A DNA stretch of 64,000 nucleotides from Eledone cirrhosa (GCA_964016885.1 OZ024743.1:152954001-153018000); one strand, 5' to 3'; counted from the stretch's first letter, positions 11,979 to 25,800 are shown. A program made the numbers and translations. Notes: generated from the sequence alone by a model not told the origin.

Positions 11979-12106
11979 CCAATAGATACTTATCTATCAG
12001 ATTCTTCTCAAGAACTGTACTGGTGTATAATTTATTAGTATCGATTTTGATTAATTATGTGCTAATGTAGTCCTTTACAAGAAACTGATAGATAAATATC
12101 TATTGG
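11979..12106. repeat. Imperfect fold-back
   Basis: CCAATAGATACTTATCTATCAG...CTGATAGATAAATATCTATTGG. Confidence 0.7.
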
Positions 12107-12218
12107 TTTTGAAATGGTTGTATAAGTATTGGATATTGGTTTCATAAATGAAATATATCCCTCCATATACAATTATATTGACTTTTCGTTATATAGCTGC
12201 TCTTCTTAATATATATAT

Positions 12219-12326
12219 GAGTTTGGAGTTAGGAAGAGCATCCAGCTGTAGAAATAAAGCCAGAATCAGTTCCCGTCCCACCTTTGCAAGCAGGAAAAAG
12301 CAGATGTAAAATGATGATGATGATGA

Positions 12327-12330
<4 letters not shown>
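12219..12330 (+). mobile_element. 3' fragment of a head-A SINE, inverted relative to 12374-12755
   Basis: Near-identical reverse complement of 12374-12490, separated from it by (TA)n. Confidence 0.85.
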
Positions 12331-12373
<43 letters not shown>

Positions 12374-12376
<3 letters not shown>

Positions 12377-12753
12377 TCATCGTCATCATCATCATCATTT
12401 TACATCTGTTTTTTCCTGCTTGCAAAGGTGGGACGGGAACTGATTCTGGCTCTATTTCTACAGCTGGATGCTCTTCCTAACACCAAACTCATTTACAGTG
12501 AATGCTGGGTCCTTTTTTCCGTGGCGCCTACACGTCCACTTTACAGTGAGTGCTTGGTGCATTTTTGCCGTGGCACCTCCACGACCACTTTGCAGTGGAA
12601 TGATAGGGACCCCAGTCCTATCATCTCATTTCTACAGGTGAGTAAACTGGAGTAGACTGGTAAAGTGTCTTGCTCAAGGAAACAACACATCACCCGGTTT
12701 GAGAATTGAACTCACAACCTTTCGATTGCAAGGCCAATGCCCTAACCACTAAG

Positions 12754-12755
<2 letters not shown>
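12374..12755 (-). mobile_element. tRNA-derived SINE (head A, RTE-type tail) inserted in (TA)n
   Basis: Head GCTTAGTGGTTAGGGCATTGG...GAGTTCAATTC; 48-bp-unit body; tail CCCGTCCCACCTTTGCAAGCAGG...GTAAAA(TGA)n, shared with the RTE LINE end at 1190-1230. Confidence 0.88.
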
Positions 12756-12844
<89 letters not shown>

Positions 12845-12985
12845 TTAAAAGAATAGAGGTGTAACACGCGAGTTATGATATATTGGTAAAAGGAAAAGAA
12901 AATGCTGACAAATTGTTCCCAGTGAAAAATAGTTTAATTAGGAATAAGTAAAAATTAGTAATAAGTATTCAGTTTTGGTTTTAAG

Positions 12986-13025
12986 TTTTTACCGGTTGCG
13001 CATTTCTAATGCTTTTCAAAAATAA
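12986..13025 (-). ncRNA. Hammerhead relic, U3-A8 family (A13>C)
   Basis: ttt-TTGAAAA-gcat tagaa atgc-GCAAC-CG-GTA-aaa. Confidence 0.5.
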
Positions 13026-13106
13026 TTTTGAGATAGAGCGCCCGTGATGTTTGCTCTAATCTGGTTAGAGCAAATATTACGGGCGCTCTATCTCAAAATT
13101 ATTTTT
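13018..13106. repeat. Fold-back hairpin, ~42-bp arms
   Basis: AAAAATAATTTTGAGATAGAGCGCCCGT...ACGGGCGCTCTATCTCAAAATTATTTTT. Confidence 0.9.
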
Positions 13107-13269
13107 ACAGATTGACTTTGTTAGTTTCAGAAGATCCCGTTAAGGGTGAAAGCAGCGATTCTTTGCTTAAACTTTAATCTGTTATTTTAATAAATATATA
13201 TATATATATATATTTCGTTTCTGAATTTGTTTAGCAAGATTCTTTATCTGAAATCGTGTGTTGAAACCG

Positions 13270-13338
13270 ATATTGTTATACTTTGGGAGGGTCATGTTGC
13301 CATATTGGCAACATGACCCTCCCAAAGTATAACAATAT
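13270..13338. repeat. Hairpin, 32-bp arms
   Basis: ATATTGTTATACTTTGGGAGGGTCATGTTGCC atatt GGCAACATGACCCTCCCAAAGTATAACAATAT; one arm recurs at ~16026-16052. Confidence 0.9.
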
Positions 13339-13390
13339 ATATATATATATATATAATATTAAGGACACTATTTGTAGTTATGTATATTTT

Positions 13391-13423
<33 letters not shown>

Positions 13424-14006
13424 TTTTAACTTTTTATAGTTATGTATATTTTAAACTATAAACAGGGAAGGTCAGTAATTTATTACTACCTTATTACCAG
13501 TAAGATAAATAGCTCCATGTAAGAACATCAGTTGTTCTACAGAGAAGTTATATAGAATTCACAAGAATCAAAGCTATGTTCAAAGCATTTATTCACTTAC
13601 AATTGTTTCTTCCAAACCTAGGCTTGGATTCTTTGGAGCATTTTTCAATGTTTGTACATATAATTGACCTCCTATCCAACGTAAGAGACATACAGATACA
13701 TATATATATATATTGATGTACAGTGGAGTGACATATATTATACGATACTATATTTGTACAACAATTCAAATTTAAAATCAAAATTAAAATACATGCGGCA
13801 GGTAACACAGATACTGCAAGAGGATAGTTCGATAATCAAATCTAGTAGATAGTGTATGCGTTAGTCATGCATGGAGCATGCAAGTGTGTCTCATTTATAT
13901 ACGAGTATTGTGTGGCAAGGTGTTACATGTAATGCAGCACTTTAAGCGGGTAAGCAAGAGTATTATGTAGTGCGAGGGTATTTTTTGTATAGATCAAAAA
14001 AGTATG

Positions 14007-14146
<140 letters not shown>

Positions 14147-14171
14147 CATCTCTCTCTCTATATATATATAT

Positions 14172-14671
14172 ATTAATTAAAATAACAGATTAAAGTTTAA
14201 GCAAAGAATCGCTGCTTTTAATGGGATTTTCTGAAACTAAAAAAGTCAATCTGTGAACGCAGAAGTAAATATTTCAAAAAACGTTGCAACCGAAGGAAGA
14301 CAGGAAGACGATGCTCTGGTTGGTGGAAACGTTCCCTGGCAAAGAACGAAAAACAAACGAAGATAATACGTCATTATTTGGTGCAGTGAAATCAATTATA
14401 CGCGAAGACAAAACCACGTAAATGGTATAACTGAAGTCGTAGACTAAAATTCTATTTAGGAAACCGAATGATTCTCGGCTTCAGAGTTAAGAATGAAGTA
14501 AATAAAATACAGAGCTAATTGAAATTAAATATATACATACACACATCCTCGGTTGCAACGTTTTTTGAAATATTTACTTCTGCGTTCACAGATTGACTTT
14601 TTAGTTTCAGAAGATCCCATTAAGGGTGAAAGCAGCGATTCTTTGCTTAAACTTTAATCTGTTATTTTAAT

Positions 14672-14674
<3 letters not shown>
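14172..14674. repeat. Inverted repeat, ~130-bp arms and ~240-bp spacer, flanked by mirrored (TC)n(TA)n
   Basis: 14172-14305 is the reverse complement of 14546-14674; a third partial copy is at 13107-13192. Confidence 0.88.
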
Positions 14675-14759
<85 letters not shown>

Positions 14760-14771
14760 ATAATCCTATAC

Positions 14772-14830
<59 letters not shown>

Positions 14831-14853
14831 TGTGTGTGAGAGTGTGTGTGTAC

Positions 14854-14887
<34 letters not shown>

Positions 14888-14952
14888 AAAAAGATGAAAT
14901 TGAAAATGCAACTGGAGTCTTATTTAAAAAAATATATATATATTTATTTGGT

Positions 14953-14992
14953 TCCTTTACCAGTTTCGCAGTTCTTCTGCTTTTCAAAAGTA
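14953..14992 (-). ncRNA. Minimal type I hammerhead, U3-A8 variant (left arm)
   Basis: tactt-TTGAAAA-gcag aagaa ctgc-GAAAC-TG-GTA-aagga. Confidence 0.62.
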
Positions 14993-15060
14993 TAGTTGAG
15001 ATGGAGGGTCTGTGGTTTTTCTCACATCTGTGACAAACCACAGACCTTCCATCTCAACTC

Positions 15061-15100
15061 TACTTTTGAAAAGCAGAAGAACTGCGAAACCGGTAAAGGA
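15061..15100 (+). ncRNA. Minimal type I hammerhead, U3-A8 variant (right arm)
   Basis: tactt-TTGAAAA(15066-15072)-gcag aagaa ctgc-GAAAC-CG-GTA-aagga; palindromic ACCGGT stem III; predicted cut after 15095. Confidence 0.68.
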
Positions 15101-15255
15101 ACCAAATAAATATATATATTTTAAAAAAAATAAGACTCAAGTTGCATTTTCGATTCGATTTCATCTTTTTTTCTTTATACTTTCACTCGTGTAGGACACC
15201 TCGGTTATTTTTCATTTTGTTAAAAAAAACCTTACTTTCTAATATATATATATAC

Positions 15256-15356
<101 letters not shown>

Positions 15357-15363
15357 CCCATAC

Positions 15364-15460
<97 letters not shown>

Positions 15461-15862
15461 CATATATATATATATACATGTATATATATATATAAATATA
15501 TACGGTGTGTGTGTACCCACCCACACTAACTGTGACCTTCTATAGTTCTACAGGTTTGATACTGTGTTGATGTGTGTATATATATATATATTTATTTTTC
15601 TTTGACCTTGAGCCGGTGTATGTGGGTGTAGAGTGTGTGTGTACCCACTCACATTAACTGTGACCGACTATATCTCTACAGATTTGATTGATGTCCAGCG
15701 TCTTTTGCAGCGATAGAAACCTGACAGATTTTATGACCTCAACTGAAGTTGATAGCAGTCGCCGTATTTCTGACTGCTGGATCTTCATATGAAGGAATAA
15801 ACTCGGTAAGTGAACATCGCTAATTTTCTGCCTCATATCAAGAATTTGAAGACAATTCATTT

Positions 15863-15936
15863 TCACCTGATGAGATCAGTGATAATCGATCATGCCTTCA
15901 CGATCGATCTATCTCTTATTGAAACATGTGTCGTGA
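15863..15936 (+). ncRNA. Minimal type I hammerhead ribozyme
   Basis: tcac-CTGATGA(15867-15873)-long stem II (gata/tatc, atcgatc/gatcgat)-GAAAC(15921-15925)-ATGT-GTC-gtga. Confidence 0.75.
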
Positions 15937-15977
15937 TTAAATGATTGGAATTTTACCATGCCTTCGGATTTTCATTT

Positions 15978-16033
<56 letters not shown>

Positions 16034-16586
16034 ATACTTGGGGAGGGTCATATTTGTGTAATATTGCCAGAATTAATAACAGAACACACTCACTGTTTGT
16101 TTGGTTATCGCTTTTCGAATCTGTGTCTTTTATATCGGTTAATTTAATTTATTCGGTCCTCAATGTTGCCATTGACTGACCAACGGTCATAAAATACAGA
16201 TTCAATATAGACACAAACACATATATATAGTTTATCAAAGTTCTTTAGTTTCACATCTGCAACATCGTCAGTGGTGCTATTGTTTCCCCCCGTTGCATTG
16301 TATTTTCTACGCCATCTTTATTTAGTCTGTTTATATATTTATTTATTTGTTTATTTTTTTGTTTTCTTTGCGCATGCGTTTGCGTGTGTGTATAGTGTTT
16401 TGTTTGATGTGTGTTCGTGATTGGGTGACTGTGTATTGGTTAATGTATTCTATCTTGACTAGTGTGTGTTTATATGTGTTTGTTTTTATTGTGCTTGTGT
16501 ATGTATTTATCTATTTATCTATTTATTTATTTATACTTCTCTTAGGTCAGTGTTGTTTGTTTGGGTGTTGTTACTCCATTCATTTT

Positions 16587-17041
<455 letters not shown>

Positions 17042-17146
17042 ATATATAAATATATATATTTATATATATCATCATATAGTTTAATGTCCATTAAATAAGA
17101 TGTCCTCTTGCTCATGCATAACTGTTTTGGGCTTAGTTTCATATAT

Positions 17147-18000
17147 ATAAACGGAAAAAATGAAACGAAATTTCATTTCCCACTCTTAGTACGGCTGTTA
17201 CTTAAACATAAGTATGTACACGTACATACATATATGTATGCAGACGTACAGTAGTATGTATATATATATACATACATGCACACATATATATATGTACGTA
17301 TGGATTCACTAAACATTTATTATAATGCTCGGTGTGTTTGTAAACAAACATCCCGTATTAAGCCGTAGTGTCTAGCAACCACCGTTGCTCGTTAATCGGC
17401 CGGGTGCACTGAAAACGATAAACGGAAAAAATGAAACGAAATTTTATTTCCCACTCTTAGTACTGCTGTTACTTAAATATAAGTATGTATATATATATAC
17501 ATACTACTGTACGTCTGTATACATATATGTATGTACGTGTACATACTTATACTTAAGTAACAGCAGTAATAAGATGGGAAATGAAATTTCGTTTCATTTT
17601 TTCCGTTTATCGTTTTCGGTGCACCCGGCCGATTAACCCACTCGATATGTAAATTGGGCTACTCAGCCGTTAATATGCATAAGGAAAGTATATACTTTCG
17701 GACATTCAACTATCTGGCAGGAAGGTATACGTTGCTGACGATAGCTAACAAGCTTGAAACTAGTACAGCGTTCCTTTGTCAGTGTTGAACAAACGAGCAA
17801 CGGTGGTTGCTAGACACTACGGCTTAATACGGTACGGGATATTTGTTTACAAACACACCGAGCATTATAATAAATGTTTGGTGAATCCATACGTACATAT
17901 ATATATATATATATGTGTGTGCATGTATGTATATATATATATATACATACTACTGTACGTCTGTATACATATATGTATGTACGTGTACATACTTATATTC
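17147..18000. mobile_element. Complex nested inverted and direct duplication of a Penelope-like terminal segment
   Basis: 17147-17217 is repeated directly at 17418-17488; inner palindrome 17391-17638; 17208-17393 is inverted at 17792-17997; contains the hammerhead at 17729-17771. Confidence 0.75.
17729..17771 (+). ncRNA. Minimal type I hammerhead ribozyme
   Basis: acgttg-CTGACGA(17735-17741)-t agc taacaa gct t-GAAAC-TA-GTA-cagcgt; 6-bp stem I; palindromic ACTAGT stem III; predicted cut after 17765. Confidence 0.78.
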
Positions 18001-18264
18001 ATATATATATATATATATGTTTATCTTGGGTCATTCGGGGGTAACCACAGTAAGTAAGGTACTAAATACATGACAGTTCTAGTCCTGTAGAAGCCATTTC
18101 TATATTATATATGTATATATATATATATATAATCAGAAGGGATATTCAATTTGTTGGTAATTCAACAAATGTTTATAACTGATTCAGAGCACTCAACAGA
18201 TTTTCTGGAGTATAATATACAATGATATTAAATAAATGGAAACTATATTTATAAAACCATATTT

Positions 18265-18324
18265 ATTCTATTATATATATTTCAAGTGTACCAAAATTTT
18301 GGTACGCTATCATCAGATGAAATA
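18265..18324 (-). ncRNA. Minimal type I hammerhead ribozyme
   Basis: Minus strand: tatttcat-CTGATGA-t agcgtacc aaaatttt ggtacact t-GAAA-T ATAT A-TA-atagaata. Confidence 0.68.
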
Positions 18325-18407
18325 CGAAGTGTATTCTCCTTGGTTATGTCAAAATTTATAAAACACACTTCGTATTTTATCTGACAATAGCGTACCAAAA
18401 TTTTGGT
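18290..18407. repeat. Fold-back, ~43-bp arms, overlapping the hammerhead
   Basis: ACCAAAATTTTGGTACGCTATCATCAGATGAAATACGAAGTGT / ACACTTCGTATTTTATCTGACAATAGCGTACCAAAATTTTGGT. Confidence 0.88.
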
Positions 18408-20158
18408 TAGCTATAAACCACAACTCGTCCCATAGATTGAGTGCTCTCCCAACTTCAGTTATTCTTTATCATATTACATTACACTATATATATATATATA
18501 TGTATTCTACCACTATATATGTATATATTCTAGTGTACTCACTCCATGGTGCTACACTTATTTGTTTTATTTTGTTGCTCTTTTGAACTTAATTATCTTT
18601 TAAAAACTCTAGATTCACAAGACTATCAGCTGATGTTGCTGAAAGATTGAAATATATGAAACTCTAGTAAGGAATAAAAGAATTCACTTCATTTATATAA
18701 AGGCATGTCATCCAGTAGGAAGGGTGTTGGAGTCACAATCATAAGATTTGATTTCTGGACCTGACAATATGTTGTGATGTGAAAAAAGTCACTTCATTGA
18801 ATGTTGATTTTCATGATAGGAACGGACTCAATAATTAAAACACTCGAAAATCTCTTATGTGAAAATCTCCTTGTAGAAGACCTGCTAAACCTACACATGT
18901 GTGGGCAGATTATACTAAGATTGATCTAATTAATTTTACATTTAATTGTAGTGCCCCAATATAGCTACAGCCAAATGGCTCAAACCAGTCAAAAAATACA
19001 AGAAAAATATATTTGTAAATCATTATATTTTCAAATGTTTGACACTTCACAAGCAGTTTTATTATCATCTCTCATCACTTTAATTCAAACCCTCATCAAA
19101 ATACAAATTCTAGCTAGTAGGAAATTTGTCAGCAAATGTCATTTACTCTCTTCAAAATATTTTGAATGATGTCAAGATAATATTAGAAAACGCTGAAATT
19201 TCTCACACAATTATGATCCTAGCAGAATATCAGAACAGCTTCTGTAAAGAGGATTTGATTAAAATGATGTTAATTAATATTTACAATTAACCATTGCATT
19301 TATTATTTATTATTATTCATTTTATTCACTGAATTTTATGTCATTTCTATTAATTGTTTTTCTTTTTCAGTTCTTAATTTTGTTTTCCTCCTTCTGTTCT
19401 TTTTATCCCTGTTGAGTCCTTTAATATCAATAGGAATAATTAATGCTATACTGACAACTAACTCCATTCAAATATGTTCCTTAATTGACAACCACACTCT
19501 GCTAACCTTACATAATTAAGTTGAACATGAATGTTTGCTTGTTCAGTTATTGAGGAAATTGTGATCCCTTCCTCATTAAGCAGAATTATTTCCTTTACTC
19601 TAATATTTTCATTTGATATAATTTACTAAAATCCACAAAAATATAGTTTTTTGCACAAAAGAATCTTTGTCTAATATTACAATGAAACAGAAATAAATTC
19701 CTTCCACATACTCTTGATCTTTTTCATTTACACCAAAACACACATCAAACTTCAACCATGAATGCAAGCCAATAAGAAAACTATGTGGTTCTTAGATCTA
19801 CTAGTAATGGCAGTCAACTCGCACCATAGTGTCTTAAATCGGAAGAATAGATTTCAAGTTGCAACCCCTTGCCCCATGATAAAAGGGTCAAACCTCAATT
19901 GCTTTTGATCATAGGCCTACTCAGTTATGACTAATCAGAGGCTAAACATAAAAACAATAATACAGCAGCCATGAAAAAAGTTAAGAAAAACATGTTAAAG
20001 AGGGAAAAAATATATCTATATACAAATAAAACACTACCAAAACAAAAATCCCAATGAAAGAACTATTTTGTTCAAAGCTCCAAAGTGAAACATGAGTAAG
20101 TAATCAAAGAAACTGGAAGGAAAGATTCCATATTGACATGATAATCCAATTGGCTTAC

Positions 20159-20212
20159 CCTACTGTTTGAAAATATAGTATTTTATAAAGATGAAAGATG
20201 AAGCTCACGGCT
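20159..20212 (-). CDS. Candidate exon D (54 nt, phase 2-2)
   Basis: Acceptor cacttcttttttag|A, donor GG|gtaagc; only one frame is open: AVSFIFHLYKILYFQTV(G). Confidence 0.65.
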
Positions 20213-20312
20213 CTAAAAAAGAAGTGTATAAGAGAAATTATGTTATTGATATGATATTTCTTTTGCTACTTCTGTATTACATATAGAGCTATGCATGAAG
20301 CTAAATCCTAAT

Positions 20313-20381
<69 letters not shown>

Positions 20382-20514
20382 TGTGTGGGTATATATATAC
20401 ATACGTATATATATATATATATTAACGTATATATATATATATATTAACATATATATATATTAACGTATATATATATATATTAACGTATATATATATATTA
20501 ACGTATATATATAA

Positions 20515-20621
<107 letters not shown>

Positions 20622-22156
20622 AAAGACAATAGAAGGTTGGACACAAATGATTCTTTTAGTGTTGCAAAATCACAATACATATTTCTATGGCCTGGTTACA
20701 CCATTAGATCATGACGTTAGACTTTGGCAATGTCATCAGGTGTAGATTGCAAAGCTAGATTAAGTAATCGATAACAGGATTACAGCAAATATAAACAGAG
20801 AATAGACTTGATTTGGAGAGGGCCTGCCATTCAGTGCTAATGTTGTGATCAACTGCCTCCAAATGGCATATACTCAGCAATGCTAAACATTGTTGGTAGG
20901 TAGACAGGACCAAGGTGGGTGGGGGTTGCTCAGTGGCAACATAAATTCTGCTACTCAGACAGGTCATGGGTACTAAACATTGTGTGGCATTAGACACTGA
21001 CTGAAAACCAGCATAGCAAGATGGTGAAAAATTTAAAGGCGATAGGTGCTATAAAAGTATAAAGGATTATAAAAATGAGAATCTAGAACTAGATGTAAAT
21101 CTTACAGAAAATAAATTAAGAAAAATATATTAAAAAAATATAAAAATTATAAAGATTTGTGAAAAGTATTAATAGTATAAGGTTATGGGTGATTCTAATT
21201 ATAATGTAAGTGATTATGTAAAAGTAAATTATCCATTGATTAAGGGGTAAGTAATGTTGTTTGCATGCATATGTGTGTGTTTGTATTGTGAAAGAAAATC
21301 ATAACAGTCCTCATCATTTCTGCAAAATCAGAGACAGGGTTCCAGTGACTGAATATTTTCAATATACTGAAGAAATGGGAAGTTTAATTCCAAACATTCA
21401 AAGGTAGGGAACCAAATCCCAGTGTCTTGGATGTAACTCAGAAGACAGCTAGTTGGTCAGTCAGTGATGTAACACATACCAGATAATGATAACAATAATG
21501 ATAATGATAATAATCATAAAGTAATAAAGATTAGCATTCATGTCTTGATAGATTATATACATTAATAAAGGGTAGAGGTAAAAAGATTATGTAAAGTAAA
21601 TAATTATAACTATATTAAATAAAAAATACAAGTTCATAGTGGAAAATTATTAATTAAACATGGAGGTAGCTGTAGTTCTGTCAAAGGGGTTACATGATAT
21701 CAAATTACACACAGAATATAATATAAACATATACTATAAGATAAAATATGAAAAATATAAAAATATAAAAAAATAAGTTAAGGTGTAGTTCCAAAGTATG
21801 TGCCACAATGGATAGAGTGTATACTGCCTAGTACAGGTTTTATAATATAAATGAACTATAGAGAAGGATTATAAAAAGTAAACAAATTATGGGGAGTGGA
21901 TAATTATAATATTTAATTAATAGATAATAAGTAGCAAAAATAATTAAATGTTTCTACATTTAGAGACAAATGTATAACTGAAACCTCAGAAATTACACAC
22001 ATATACAATATACAGAGAATAAAACCATTAAGTACTGTTTATATATGTAGAGCAATCGCTATACAATAGAAAATTATGAAAACAAAACACAGCATGTTCC
22101 TGAGGTGCACTAAACTGTGCAGTAACAACAACATACTACTACCGCTGCTAATAATA

Positions 22157-22708
22157 ATTGTTTTTACATTTGGCACAAGGCCAGCAATTACCCAATACAT
22201 TACTGGTACTTTATTTTATCGACCCCGTAAGGATGAAAGGCAAAGTTAACCTCGGCGGGATTTGAACTCAGACCGTAAAGGGACGTAACTATGCTGGAAA
22301 GCATGGCGTCCAACTCTCCACTGATACTGCCAATCCACCGCCCTTTATAATTGTTTCTACTTTAGGCACAAGGCCAGCAATTACCCAGTGCATTACTGGT
22401 ACTTTATTTTATCGACCCCGTAAGGATGAAAGGCAAAGTTAACCTCGGCGGGATTTGAACTCAGACCATAAAGGGCCGTAACTCTTTGCAGCAAAGCATG
22501 GCGTCCGCCCCTCTACCGATACTGCCAATCCACCGCCCTTTATAATTGTTTCTACTTTAGGCACAAGGCCAGCAATTACCCAGTGCATTACTGGTACTTT
22601 ATTTTATCGACCCCGTAAGGATGAAAGGCAAAGTCAACCTCGGCAGGATTTGAACTCAGATCGTAAAGGGACGTAACTATGCTGGAAAGCATGGCGTCCG
22701 ACCCTCTA
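22157..22708 (-). mobile_element. Head-to-tail trimer of SINE family B (~194-bp units)
   Basis: Units start at ~22157, 22349 and 22544; junction CCACCGCCCTTTATAATTGTTTC occurs twice. Confidence 0.9.
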
Positions 22709-23919
22709 GCAAAAATAATTAATGATTGATAATAAGTAATATAAGAAAGTAAGTAATTAGGTATTGGTATAGAGTCCCTATGGAGACTGATATCAGGAAT
22801 TTACAAATTCTATATGATGTATGTAATAAAATAGCAAGAAAAATATAAAGTATTATAATAAACCACAATATACTATAGGCTGTAAAAGGCCATTGTATTA
22901 TCAAATAGATGCAACAAGACAACATAAAGGGTCTCTATAATTCACAAATTATGTATGACATAATATAAAGTCAAAGGCAAATAAAATATAATGTAAGGTA
23001 TAAAATGTAACACACAATATAAATTCCTTATATATAACACCAAACTATAAAGGTGAAAACATAATACAAGATATTAAAGTCATATAGTATCATATATATG
23101 CATCAAACAATCCAAAGAATCCACCTAATATTTCATTAGTTCATAAGGACATTTGAAGCCATATACGATCAGATCCATGTTTTGAGACAGAATCAGTTTT
23201 GGCAGGTTGCCTGCACCAACTATGAGATACCACATGTACAATGGATGATTTGCATGATGTCAAGTGATTTAACTTAGCCATACTGGCTTTCTTTGACACT
23301 ATGAGATGATAGACACCACACTGTCCAGTGTGTCTTCCTCTATTCTCTTTTCTTACCTTTTCTTTGCCTCAGTGTCACTCTTCTTTATCTTCTACTATAG
23401 TCTATATTATTCTCTTTTGTGTTAATATTTCTTTCATTTCTATATTTTTTCTCTCCTTTGGCTAAGCCATCATGCACCACTTCCTTCTTTGTCAGTTGAC
23501 ACACATGGGATACTTTGTCATCTATACTTGTGTAATTCGCCTAAAGGTATAACTTGTCCTGTCTTTGTCTCTACCTGGTTTGTTGTGTCCCAATGCACAC
23601 AGGAAAGAATGGTATTAACCTTAATGAACCAAAACTATACTGATTTCCAGAGGTTGACTGAGGGATCTGTAAAAGTAGTAGATAGTTTCTGTTACCTGGG
23701 TAACCAAATTAGCAGTAGAGGAGGGTGATCCAAAATGTGCATAGGTTAAAGCATACATCTAGTATGCACCACCTTCTTCTCCATCATTCCTTCCATACAC
23801 CTCCCACATCATAAAATCTCACCCATGTTCTAAAACTCCATCCATGTCCTAACACCCCCACATCTCACCCATGCTCAAATATCTACCTCCCATATTTGCA
23901 TGCCCCTCCCCCCCCCCTG

Positions 23920-24288
23920 CCTACTCTGTAAAGTGGCCATTTTGGTGCCACATCAAAAACCACCCAGTCCACATTGTTAGGTGGTCGTGTAGGTGTCAAA
24001 ACAAAAAGTGCATAGCCCACTCTGTAAAGTGGTCATGTTGGTGACACGGCAACAAGTACCCAGTCCACTGTAAGGTGGTCATGTAGGAGTCACAACAAAA
24101 AGCACCCAATATGGACTGTAAATGTGTTTGGCTTTAGGAAACGCATCCAGTCATAGAAACCATGACAATATCAGTTCTGTATAAGCAAGAAATGGTCATC
24201 TGATCTGGTTTGTCTCACAATGGGACAATTAGTCTAACCCATGGAAAATGGAAAATGGATGTTAAATGTTGATGATGATGATGATGAT
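23920..24288 (+). mobile_element. RTE-3'UTR/SINE-body repeat with ~48-bp tandem units and a (TGA)n tail
   Basis: CACTGTAAAGTGGTCATGT units, then TTAGGAAACGCATCCAG and GGAAAATGGATGTTAAA(TGA)n. Confidence 0.75.
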
Positions 24289-24374
24289 ATATATATATAT
24301 TTGATATTTTGTCAACTAATGTAGTTTTTGTTACTTTCACAGATATTGAAATTGATATGCTACTATATGTTGTT

Positions 24375-25800
24375 ATTCAGCTTTAGGTTAACTTTGATAA
24401 AGCATCTCTATGATCAAAAACATTCCAGTTATGACCATCCCATCCTTTTATATATCAGAATCTACAATGTCTAATATATTCTGTATTTAAGACAGCAGTG
24501 TTGTTTGAGAAATATTTATCTGTGCCATATGCTTAATTGATCTCTTGGAAGACTTCCTCATCTATACATTGTAGCTATTGTTGTAGTTCAAGGTGAAATT
24601 TGATCCAAATTTGCTCAAATGTATTCCAGCTATGACCATTCTATCGTATTCACACGTGTAGTGTATACTGAACTATATTATTCAATCTGTTCTGACTTTT
24701 TTACAGATGGTCGGATGCGATTTTCAGGTCACATATTTGACTGTCACATATTCTTCGAGTGATCACATTAAATTTAACTTTTAACTAGTTAAATATTGTT
24801 TTATGGTATAAATAAAAGAATTGAACATCTATTCTTAAATAACAAATACAATGAATTGGCGTAACATCTTTCTCTGACATGTCTTGTGTGCTGAGGTTAA
24901 TGTAGTTTACCTTTTTATTGATTTCATTTCAGTTTGTTTTCTTGTTTGATCTATAAGATAATTGCTGAAACAACTTATTGAATTATCAGTTCAGACACTA
25001 TACAGTGTTTATTTAAATAGAGTTGAATGATTACATCAAGCTACTACTTAATTTACTGTTGCTGTTCTTTAGTTCCATCTTAACCCTAATCGTGCAGCCC
25101 TATAATCAAAGGTAATTCAGCTATGTCTATTCTATCTTATTTCCAAACATAGAATAACTTAGACTACATTATTCAACATACACTTGAAATCATGCAAACC
25201 ATTCTGGGAAAGAATGAAGTCCCTTCAAGACAGTAACTTTGATCTAAAGGAAGAGTGGTGAAGATCATGAAATGAGACCAAATTTGCCAACCAAGACTTC
25301 ATCCAGTACCCTGCAAATAAACCAGCTAGATTTGACCTTCCTAGAAAGCAATGTGTGTCCCTTAATTGGATCTGCACAACACATGCCAGGACAGCCCATC
25401 ATAACTATCGATGAAAAATGAAAGACAACCCAGCATGTGACTGTGGGGACCGTGACCAGATGATACTGTATGTTGCTCAGGATTTCACCCTCATACGTCT
25501 TCCAGGTGACCTGGAGGCAATCCCTGATACTTTAAATGATGCCTTGGTCTGGATTGCCAGACTCAATCTGCCACTCTAACTATTGTTAAATTAATAAATG
25601 CATATACATTGTTTAAAACTGTAGGGTATGATTTGAAGTAGACTTCATTGCTATTTTGAGTAGATTGGCTGACTGTTTAGATGCTTACAATGTTGGCTTC
25701 ATTGTTGTTACTATTGGACTTTGTTTAGCTTCCAGTCAGCCCAAATTGAATAGATTCATGTGCAAAGGTGTTCCAGTTATGATCACCCTGTCACCTTGTA
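24375..25800 (-). repeat. Several copies of an ancient dispersed repeat with a (CAA)n-like end
   Basis: Motif TATGATCAAA..CATTCCAG.TATGACCATCC...GACTACATTATTCAATGTG...GATTTG recurs here and near 19800, 30750, 36200, 41000-41770, 43900, 51050 and 51410, in both orientations. Confidence 0.55.
25190..25579 (+). mobile_element. 3' end of a Vingi/I-group LINE (zinc-knuckle C-terminus relic)
   Basis: FDLPRKQCVSLNWICTTHARTAHHNYR*KMKDNPACDCGDRDQMILYVAQD...LVWIARLNLPL*. Confidence 0.65.

Larger units (their letters stand above)
14884..15174. repeat. ~290-bp palindrome in (TA)n
   Basis: Arms AGATGAAATTGAAAATGCAACT...GGAGGGTCTGTGGTTT and AAACCACAGACCTTCC...AGTTGCATTTTCGATT. Confidence 0.92.

Noticed and set aside
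12680-12755. tRNA genes (also near 415, 10560-10630, 16720 and the family-B heads)
   Set aside because: A/B-box-like heads run directly into SINE bodies and no complete cloverleaf is evident
16241-16275. CTGACGA...GAAAC on the minus strand
   Set aside because: No convincing stem II and no NUH cleavage triplet
19340-19478. Short basic minus-strand ORF (MELVVSIALIIP...KNRRRKTKLRTEKEK)
   Set aside because: About 44 codons, low complexity, and no good acceptor in the phase required by the gene model
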